Positions 57,501 through 64,000 of a stretch of 64,000 bases of DNA are shown here, in pieces. A program made the position numbers and the translations under genes. Under the pieces are notes generated by a model. It saw only the letters and a program-made list of their open reading frames with translations. It had not been told where the DNA came from and did not search any database. Position 1 is the first letter of the stretch. The number at the start of each line of letters is the position of its first letter. Source of the stretch: Acidobacteriota bacterium (GTDB taxonomy: Bacteria; Acidobacteriota; Thermoanaerobaculia; Multivoradales; UBA5704); contig JBDTZG010000008.1 of NCBI GenBank assembly GCA_040005235.1, positions 71,096 through 135,095 of the forward strand, in the 5' to 3' direction.

Positions 57501-60495
57501 GTTTCTGGCATACCGGAGCATGGGTAACCCAAAACGCCTTCGCGAGCTTCTTGGCACGTTCGTTCGACCATTATGGCGTGTGGTGCCTCATAAGAAGGAA
57601 GCTTTTCGCTGCGATCACGTTCTTGTCTTTGAAGACGACGAACGTTTTCGGATTCAGCTGATCTCCCGGGTCTACCGGCACTTGCACCGAACGTTCGCAC
57701 GCGGGTTTACCCGTCGCGATGACAAGATGACTGTCTCGGTCTTTTACCTGTCGGATTTTCTTTTCAAGTTCCACCGCCGTGCTTTCTCCTGGGCGAACCT
57801 TGAGCGGGTAGAAGACATGGTACATATCCACCGGGCGCCCGATCTGCGTGAGGTTCTAGAGACTATGGTGGAGCAGTGGTCAGAGCGCTTCCTGCACCCA
57901 ATTCGCAACGGAATGTACGACTTCCGATTCCGGAGCGAGGTAGCCAGAGAAGTAGATTACATCTCGCGCCATTCCCCGGCCGAGATGGCAGCGTTCAACT
58001 TCACGCTCGATGAGTCGCAGGCGCTCAAGTCGGTTTATGAAACCTCGATCAAGAGACTTAGGGAGGGTAACGGAAAAGAAATTCAAGATCTCGTCTCAGG
58101 CTTGGGAGAGCTCTATGAATTCGACCAAGAGTACGAGACGGCTCGGCTCTATTATCGCCAGGCGACATCTCTGCTCGACCTCGAACTACGAGCAGTCACT
58201 GGTGGTAGCGAGTTCCTCGAGAGACAATCGCCGATGCTTCAGATTGTGGGCGGAGCACCGCCCGGTCCGGCCAACGCTCGCCGGTACCTCACATGGGGAA
58301 TTGCTCGGTTGCGCTTGATCCTTCAGGTCGGAATGACCTTTGAGTTGTCTCGGAACTACGAGCGCGCCGGTGTAGAGTACGGAAACGCATCGTCGCTCGC
58401 TCGCTCACTATTGCTGGCACTCCTCGACGAGGAGGGACGATTCGAGGCTGTTCATTTCGGGATCGCTCATGACCAGCAAAAAACACCCGAGAATCGGCTT
58501 CACGTGCTCAAACACCTAAACCTCGTATTTCAGCCGGTCTTTGCGGAAGCTTGGGTCTCGGAGAAGCTCGCTGGAGCCGTCGACACAAGCGTGACTTTGG
58601 TTGAGAGCGAGCTTTGGCAACTGCGGCGGATTCTGCCGTTCGTTAGGGACGCCCGGGTTGAAGAGGCCGAGAGCGCGGTCGTTGTTCGGCACAGCAACTT
58701 CGCACTCATCGCCGCGGAGTTGCACGGTAAAGCCGGCGACCTACTGTTCTTTAAGGGCCGTAGTCTTGTCTCGAAGGCGAACATCATTCACTGGGCGGAG
58801 AAGTACGACCCGCAGTCTCCGCGCCATGGTGCTGAAGGCTATCTCTTGAGGGCACATTACCATTACGCTGTGGCGCTCCACGAGTTGAGGCGTTTTACCG
58901 CGTACCGATTGACCAGCTCGAAGAGAAAGCTCAACATTCTAGAGGAAAGCCCAGAACGGCCGCTTTGGGACACCTTCGAGCCGGGCTCCTGGCCCGACTA
59001 TGTTCTCCGATCATTGGGCGGTACTCTGAACGACTTCGCCGAGGTGATGTTGGGTCGAGTCTCCCTCTTTGGCCTTCTACAATGCCTTAAAGAACGTACA
59101 CCCCTTCGCAGGGCTTTGGATACAGTCGAAGGGGATACCAGACCGAAGCACGATGCCTCGGCGGACCTTATTCTCAGTTCTGAGGTTCCTCCCAAGACAG
59201 ATGCATCGGGAAACCCTGTCAAGGATCCGCGTGCGATTGACGAATTGTTTGCGGCCTTTTCACGTTGGATGGAGCAGCTCTCGGACAAGCGAGGCGCCGA
59301 GGACAAGGTCGGCGGTTACCAGATCCGAATTCCTCTCGGGGAGTGGATTCTGGAGGCAGGAACACTCAGTGGGTGGCTCGGTCGCTGGAACGAAGAGTGG
59401 TCGGGCTCGGACGATAGAGTGCGGCTCGTCAAGTTCGAGGCGGAAGGTGGTCGGCCGCGGCACGACGATCTAGATCGCATTTGTGTTTCCCTAAGCATAA
59501 TGCTCATTGGTGCGCGCTGCCTGGAACTGGCAGGCTACGTTGAGGATTCCGCACGGGAGTTCCTCAAGATCGCGGACACAGCAGCAACCTACCTGTGGTG
59601 GTTCCGTTCGGTTCAAGAATTGGCTGAGTGGAATTCGAAGAGGCCCAGCGGTGTTCGTAACGTAGTCTTGAGTATAGACCAGGAACTCCTCACCGCGGAG
59701 GTCTGCGGTCACGGCTTCTGGCTTTACCTCGGGAATGTCGCACTCTACGCACTTGAGCGAGCCGATCGGCTCTTCCGTCGTGGCCGAAAGGCGGCGGAGC
59801 GCAGAGAGTATCTTGTCGGTGACCGGATTCCAGTCGATGCGCTGGTTGTGGCTTGCTCGCTAGGGCTCGTCTCGGCTCGGCCAACCAAGAGCAATGCCAG
59901 AACTGCCGCCCGACTAAGAAGACTGATTCGGTCTTGGGTGGGTCGTGTCGAGGGCAAGAAACTTGATGGTAGCCCCAACTCACATCGCGAGCTGCTCGAG
60001 AATTGCCTCCAACGTCACAGCTACCCGATGCTCGCGCGGTTAAAAGGGCTCAAGATCTTGATCGACCACGAGATCCTCAATCCGTCCGACAAAACGGTTC
60101 CGCGAGCCTTCGACGTTCCGGCGGTGACCGAACGCCTCGTTGAGCTATCCGAGAGTTTCAATTCCTCGCTTCACTTTACTCCTGCGCAGGTTGGCACCAC
60201 GGCGGCCCTGGCTTATCTACTTAGCGATGGGGACGAGAAGAAACGCGAATATCTTCGCCGAGTAGCACAACGAGAGTTGATGCGCAGCGAGGAGATGTAT
60301 ACCCTTCGGAGAGGGTTCTATGAGAATATCTCGGACCTCTACTATCTATTCGACGACCTCAACGATCGCCAGATGCACTTCGGCCACGCCTTGCAGATGG
60401 CATCGAGCGAACTGGTCTCGCTTCTTCTCAGCCTGGTCCAAGAGCCCGACAGGAAGCGGATCGGTTCGACGCCGCTGGTCCTGAGAGAGGTATAG
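54550..60495 (+). CDS. Giant (1981 aa) membrane-embedded KAP-like P-loop NTPase with TPR-like C-terminus
   Basis: LIGR (aa 33-36), Walker A GNRGVGKT (aa 60-67), about 12 hydrophobic helices, Walker B ITFVFDELDK (D800), KFIFVGGR, GNP (aa 992), then helical TPR-like repeats; AT-richer than the flanks. Confidence 0.8.
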   Translation: MPGSKQLFRRTYAAPFGRYVAGSEAEPPANEVLIGRAGQRAYFIEILLRAGKRGAFLVTGNRGVGKTSFVRYCLGEYDEEVFERFLRSDVGRAVFWDRLFVALLGVVGLCIALMVSELLEILVLAGNRQGGSGANTPSLLGWIMIAPVVVACLYPMLYAWELFSELFRYARPTWLKHHSSIISALLTLTLAALIWRFPPFGAPALSIGILFHVLGGTFLLMTIKRYGSINWLWFAPLILLLLTPCIALPIDRSGSPEPNFLALLGFGFSFAAVAAWITGAEHKKKKNQLDEDPKAHQTYFAIAIGSTFVAFLCIFYSVRNSSLTVLVSSIIFILGSFFSHKYHSDKLVGDGALKPSTGNPKAIVLLSFKAVLSIVVCLHLLHPVISLFSPVRTVDDLTSSIRPAGSLWYVSGRHEHILGGNVGPCWSRSDLGAMDAPKEEQLWILALWLTAFFLYHIEYQWIVRPFLAARSSLPIVTHRPPGEGEGNGGPDDRRRLRGLARMTIPWVLYRAWLPAITVSVNLGFETLDHRRVIQAMLVGLQARYRRLFLSWNSALANLARTIGLLLLLTLVGLVGGRCFKLPELPRPAYTAQLDIAERDNYRHLCELLEGAQTGPGVTNLVCTLPWGDAAVRVLYFNITEGLIWKDYPALRNHLLLKVLPLQIHPWPEADRPFLTEGMSFRVYHLLIFVVLFIGSRWILRRLPFLPYRDVQRKIDAILDSLTASTSVTSRVGRWQPAQWLEGFMIGERVRQINQEPFDPRSVEFLFLHILEEIQEAAIRLPGARNQRFSLPVPEITFVFDELDKLGTRVGLTDEISVEPQQSEILNAERRRSLELHKLLADLKNLLASAPAKFIFVGGRNLHDEWLADQTSRLPLLTNIFSAEVYLPTLLTDRSEREEPTTLDHNIFRFVEASMDRAQRIYKLSSHRRRQPAFSLQLDQCEPDTFNDDRSPETRFERGVKGLNILTLEGTPAPGTDDLASDFIEFLAYRSMGNPKRLRELLGTFVRPLWRVVPHKKEAFRCDHVLVFEDDERFRIQLISRVYRHLHRTFARGFTRRDDKMTVSVFYLSDFLFKFHRRAFSWANLERVEDMVHIHRAPDLREVLETMVEQWSERFLHPIRNGMYDFRFRSEVAREVDYISRHSPAEMAAFNFTLDESQALKSVYETSIKRLREGNGKEIQDLVSGLGELYEFDQEYETARLYYRQATSLLDLELRAVTGGSEFLERQSPMLQIVGGAPPGPANARRYLTWGIARLRLILQVGMTFELSRNYERAGVEYGNASSLARSLLLALLDEEGRFEAVHFGIAHDQQKTPENRLHVLKHLNLVFQPVFAEAWVSEKLAGAVDTSVTLVESELWQLRRILPFVRDARVEEAESAVVVRHSNFALIAAELHGKAGDLLFFKGRSLVSKANIIHWAEKYDPQSPRHGAEGYLLRAHYHYAVALHELRRFTAYRLTSSKRKLNILEESPERPLWDTFEPGSWPDYVLRSLGGTLNDFAEVMLGRVSLFGLLQCLKERTPLRRALDTVEGDTRPKHDASADLILSSEVPPKTDASGNPVKDPRAIDELFAAFSRWMEQLSDKRGAEDKVGGYQIRIPLGEWILEAGTLSGWLGRWNEEWSGSDDRVRLVKFEAEGGRPRHDDLDRICVSLSIMLIGARCLELAGYVEDSAREFLKIADTAATYLWWFRSVQELAEWNSKRPSGVRNVVLSIDQELLTAEVCGHGFWLYLGNVALYALERADRLFRRGRKAAERREYLVGDRIPVDALVVACSLGLVSARPTKSNARTAARLRRLIRSWVGRVEGKKLDGSPNSHRELLENCLQRHSYPMLARLKGLKILIDHEILNPSDKTVPRAFDVPAVTERLVELSESFNSSLHFTPAQVGTTAALAYLLSDGDEKKREYLRRVAQRELMRSEEMYTLRRGFYENISDLYYLFDDLNDRQMHFGHALQMASSELVSLLLSLVQEPDRKRIGSTPLVLREV

Positions 60496-60582
60496 GGAAG
60501 GCCGCTCACAGCAGGGATCTCGGGTCAGAACCTCCCTTGCGCACGCCGCCTCGCCCCACCCGTTGGGGCGGTTCCATGTCAG

Positions 60583-61019
60583 AGCACGCCACCTTACAGT
60601 AGGACTCCGATCCCGAGGAGTCGCGATGCCTGAGGAAACGAGCTCGAACGGCCGGCATGTCTTGTTGAGTACCCTCTCCTTCGCGGTCTGTTTTGCCGCC
60701 TGGGGCTTGATCTCGGCCTTCGCGCCCCGGTTTCGCGAGCAGTTCGGCCTCTCGGCGACACAGACCGCCTTCCTGGTCGCCGTGCCGGTGTTGCTCGGGG
60801 CGCTTGCGCGCATTCCGGTCGGTCTGCTCGCCGATCGCTTTGGCGGGCGGTGGGTGTTCTCGATCCTGATGCTCGTGGTCGCCGTGCCGGCGTGGCTCGT
60901 GCCGGGTGCGACGACCTACCGGTCGCTCCTGGTCGTCGCGTTCTTCTTAGGTCTCGCCGGTTCGTCGTTTCCGGTCGGGGTCGGCTACGTGTCGCGCTGG
61001 ACGCCGCCCGCCCGCCAGG
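60583..61019 (+). repeat. Direct repeat copy 2 (437 bp), part of the intact narK-like gene
   Basis: Matches 53545-53981. Confidence 0.93.
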
Positions 61020-62899
61020 GCTCCGCGCTGGGGATCTACGGCCTGGGCAACATCGGCCAATCGGCCGCCGTGTTCCTGGGGCCGCTGGTCGCCGCCGCCT
61101 GGGGCTGGCAGCCGGTATTCAAAGGGATGGCGGTCGTGCTGGTCGTCTGGGGGATCGCGTTCGGCCTGCTGGCCAAAGACGCGCCCGCCAAGGCCGCGCC
61201 GAAGGGGCTGGGTGCGATGCTTTCGTTGCTCGCCCGCGAGCGGCTCGCCTGGGTGCTCTCGCTATTTTATTTCCTCACCTTCGGCGGCTTCGTCGCCTTC
61301 TCGATCTACCTGCCGTCGCTGCTCAAAGACCAGTTCCGCCTGACTCCGGCCGATGCCGGTTTTCGCGCCGCCGGTTTCGTCGTGCTCGCAACTCTGATGC
61401 GGCCGGTCGGCGGCTGGTTGGCGGATCGGATCGGCGGCGCGCGGGTGCTCTCGTGGGTGTTTGCCGGGGTCGCGCCGTTCGCCCTGCTGCTCGCCTGGCC
61501 AAGAATGGTGCCTTTTACCGTCGGCGCGCTCGGCTGTTCGTTCCTGCTCGGCCTCGGCAACGGGGCGGTGTTCAAGCTGGTGCCGCAGTATTTCCCGGCC
61601 GACACCGCGACCGTCACCGGCCTGGTCGGCGCGATGGGCGGCCTCGGCGGCTTCTTCCCTCCGCTCTTGCTGGGCGTCTTCCGCGACCGGCTGGGTGCCC
61701 TCTGGCCGGGATTCTTGCTGCTTGCGCTCACCGCGCTCCTTCTCGGCTGGCTCAATCGGCGGGTGTTTCTCTCCAAGGAAGACGACCGGACCCTGCCGCC
61801 CGGGCTCGCGCGCGCGGCGGATCGCCTGAAGGCCGGCTCGGTCGCAACGTTGATCACCGGCTTTCTCGTCGCCGGAATCGTCGTCGGCTCGCGCAATCTC
61901 CAGCATTTCGATCCGGCGCTTGTGGTCTACACCTTCGCGACGGTCTTTGCGACCTGGGGTGTCGCCTATCACTACGCGGTCTGGTTGCAAAAACCGCCGA
62001 CCCAAATGTACTGGCGCCGCGGCTGGCAACTGCTCCGGAGCCGCGGCGTCTTCCGCTCGCTCGCCGGCCTGTCGCGGACGGCGGCCACCCACCTGGTCGG
62101 CCAGACCTTCCTGCGCAAGCGGTCGAAACTCCGCTGGTGGATGCACCAGCTGCTGTTCTGGGGCTGCCTGCTCGCGGCGGGAGTGACCTTTCCGCTCGTC
62201 TTCGGCTGGATTCACTTCGAGAGCGCCGCGGGCGATCTGAGCCTCGCGAGCGAGACCGGCCGCTACGTCACGTACCTGTTCGGCTTTCCCGCCTTCTCGT
62301 TCGCGCTCGGAACGCCGCTCGCCTGGCTGATCTTCCATGCGCTCGACGTCGCGGCGATCCTCGTCCTCGCCGGAATCGCGCTCGCGCTGTGGCGGAGGCT
62401 GGGCGACCGGGGGGCGCTCGCGGTGCAGTCGTTCGCGATGGATTTTTTGCCGCTGATCCTCCTCTTCGCGATCTCGGTGACCGGCCTGGCGCTTACCGTT
62501 TCCACCCTCTTCTTACGTGGCGGTTTGTACCCGTTTCTCGCGCTGCTCCATGCGATCACGGTGATCGCCGCGCTCCTCTATCTGCCGTTCGGCAAGCTGT
62601 TCCACGTCTTCCAGCGCCCGGCGCAGCTGGGGGTGAAGCTCTACCAGCAGGCGGGAGAGGAAGGGGAGGGGGTAGCTTGCGCCCGCTGCGGCGAGCGCTT
62701 TGCCTCGCGGATGCACCTCGACGATCTCGCCCAGGTTCTGAGCGAGCTGGGTTTCGACTATCGGATCGACGGGCGAACCGAAGGCAAGAGCGAGCCGCCC
62801 GGGCACTGGCAGGCGCTCTGTCCGGTCTGCAAACGGATCTCGCTGGGCCAAGCGCAGATGGCGGCTTTTTCGGTCGCCCGCGGAGAGTTTCGTGGCTGA
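60626..62899 (+). CDS. narK: NarK/NasA-family nitrate/nitrite MFS transporter fused to a NarI-like membrane domain with C-terminal CxxC..CxxC
   Basis: GAGGAG SD; GALARIPVG, GIYGLGNIG, YFLTFGGFVAF, MRPVGG.LAD, GNGAVFKLVP, GGLGGFF; then HQLLFWG, LHAITV..LPFGKLFH, CARC...CPVC. Confidence 0.85.
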   Translation: MPEETSSNGRHVLLSTLSFAVCFAAWGLISAFAPRFREQFGLSATQTAFLVAVPVLLGALARIPVGLLADRFGGRWVFSILMLVVAVPAWLVPGATTYRSLLVVAFFLGLAGSSFPVGVGYVSRWTPPARQGSALGIYGLGNIGQSAAVFLGPLVAAAWGWQPVFKGMAVVLVVWGIAFGLLAKDAPAKAAPKGLGAMLSLLARERLAWVLSLFYFLTFGGFVAFSIYLPSLLKDQFRLTPADAGFRAAGFVVLATLMRPVGGWLADRIGGARVLSWVFAGVAPFALLLAWPRMVPFTVGALGCSFLLGLGNGAVFKLVPQYFPADTATVTGLVGAMGGLGGFFPPLLLGVFRDRLGALWPGFLLLALTALLLGWLNRRVFLSKEDDRTLPPGLARAADRLKAGSVATLITGFLVAGIVVGSRNLQHFDPALVVYTFATVFATWGVAYHYAVWLQKPPTQMYWRRGWQLLRSRGVFRSLAGLSRTAATHLVGQTFLRKRSKLRWWMHQLLFWGCLLAAGVTFPLVFGWIHFESAAGDLSLASETGRYVTYLFGFPAFSFALGTPLAWLIFHALDVAAILVLAGIALALWRRLGDRGALAVQSFAMDFLPLILLFAISVTGLALTVSTLFLRGGLYPFLALLHAITVIAALLYLPFGKLFHVFQRPAQLGVKLYQQAGEEGEGVACARCGERFASRMHLDDLAQVLSELGFDYRIDGRTEGKSEPPGHWQALCPVCKRISLGQAQMAAFSVARGEFRG

Positions 62900-64000
62900 G
62901 ATTCCGACCACCCCCGAGGCGCTTGCCGAGATCTACGGCCCGCACCTCGCGTACGCCCCGCCCGGGGGCTGGCAGGCCGGGGCGGGTGCCGCCCCCGACC
63001 GTCTGGTAGAGACCCACTGCTGCTTCTGCGGTCAGCAGTGCGGCATCCGCCTGGCGGTCAAGGACAATCAGGTGGTCGGTTTCGAGCCGTGGGAGGAGTT
63101 CCCGTTCAACCGGGGGATGCTTTGCCCGAAAGGGGTGAAGCGCTACCTGCAAGGGAGCCACCCCGACCGGCTGCTCGATCCGCTGATTCGCGTTCCCGGC
63201 GAGGGCTTTCGCAAGGCGACTTGGGACGAGGCTCTCGGCCAGGTCACGGGGCGCCTCCAGGAGATTCAAGGAAGCCACGGCAAGGACGCCGTGGCAATCT
63301 ACGGCGGCGCGTCGCTCACCACCGAGAAGTCCTATCTGCTCGGCAAGTTCGCCCGCGTGGCGCTCGGCACCCGGCACATCGACTACAACGGCCGGCTCTG
63401 CATGGTCTCGGCCGGCACGGCGTACAAGATGGCGCTCGGGGTCGACCGTTCGCCGAACCCGTGGGAGGACATCGCGACAGCGCAGGTCGCCCTGGTCTGC
63501 GGCGCCAACATCGGCGAGTGCGCGCCGATCACCACCAGCTACCTCTGGCGGATGCGCGATCAAGGCGGCCGGCTGATCGTCGCGGACCCGCGGATGACGC
63601 CGATCAGCCGCAACGCCGATCTCTATCTGCCGCTGCGCCCCGGCACCGACATTGCGCTTTATCTCGGGTTGCTCCATGTGATCGTGCGCGAAGGGTTGCT
63701 CGACCGCGACTTCATCGACGCGCACACCACCGGGTTCGACGCGGTCGCCGCCTCGGCCGAGCCCTGGACCCCGAAGCGCACCGCGGAACTCACCGGAGTT
63801 CCCCCGGCGGCGATCGAAAAAGCAGCAATCTGGTACGGCGAGGCGGAGCGGGCGGTGACGCTCCACGCGCGTGGGGTGGAGCACCAGTCGAAAGGGGTCG
63901 AAAACGTCCTCGGCCTGATCAACCTGGCGCTCGCCACCGGCAACTTCGGCCGCGAGGGGGCCGGCTGCATGATGGTCACCGGCCAGGGGAACGGCCAGGG
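62892..64000 (+). CDS. Molybdopterin oxidoreductase, assimilatory nitrate reductase/FdhF-like catalytic subunit (partial)
   Basis: Translated by hand from GTG 62892: THCCFCGQQCG..LCPKG (4Fe-4S), DYNGRLCMVSA (Mo-ligand Cys), DPR, PGTD, TGQGNGQG at the window edge; no Tat signal. Confidence 0.9.
   Translation, partial: MAEIPTTPEALAEIYGPHLAYAPPGGWQAGAGAAPDRLVETHCCFCGQQCGIRLAVKDNQVVGFEPWEEFPFNRGMLCPKGVKRYLQGSHPDRLLDPLIRVPGEGFRKATWDEALGQVTGRLQEIQGSHGKDAVAIYGGASLTTEKSYLLGKFARVALGTRHIDYNGRLCMVSAGTAYKMALGVDRSPNPWEDIATAQVALVCGANIGECAPITTSYLWRMRDQGGRLIVADPRMTPISRNADLYLPLRPGTDIALYLGLLHVIVREGLLDRDFIDAHTTGFDAVAASAEPWTPKRTAELTGVPPAAIEKAAIWYGEAERAVTLHARGVEHQSKGVENVLGLINLALATGNFGREGAGCMMVTGQGNGQ

Noticed and set aside
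60603-60622. GACTCC/GGAGTC hairpin occluding the narK SD
   Set aside because: If TACAGT just upstream is the -10 box, the transcript would start inside the 5' arm; a 6-bp stem is weak evidence in GC-rich DNA.

Overview
High-GC bacterial chromosomal window. The gene repertoire (Hanks kinases, BNR/sortilin-repeat protein, TonB receptor, a Cys-containing 'CL..GRF.V.....W / VK..DGC / WVY' module) suggests Acidobacteriota, probably Thermoanaerobaculia-like; this is inference. Most of the window is housekeeping or envelope genes: aspS, aroB, thyA-folA, lemA, hemE, rmuC, egtB, a Ca2+/H+ antiporter, glycosyltransferases, a P1B-type ATPase, a TonB receptor, a triple-MFP/MacB-type exporter and the start of a nitrate transporter/molybdoenzyme operon. 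Two segments are visibly AT-richer than their flanks. (i) About 12.9-14.3 kb holds a coupled hypothetical + PIN-domain gene pair. (ii) About 54.4-60.5 kb holds one 1981-aa gene, a P-loop NTPase whose Walker A and B motifs are split by about 12 predicted TM helices and followed by a TPR-like tail. That gene lies between two copies of the 5' end of narK (437 bp that read as identical, 7038 bp apart) and is the best candidate for an undescribed (defence-like) system. Other oddities: tandem paralogous circularly permuted ATP-grasp ligases between aspS and aroB, a 20-bp and a 21-bp periodic non-coding array each next to REP-like hairpins, a TIR remnant, an FHA-bEBP lacking GAFTGA, and a NarK fused to a NarI-like membrane domain. 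No rRNA, tRNA, CRISPR array, integrase or transposase was recognised. All calls are by eye from motifs; no database searches were run.
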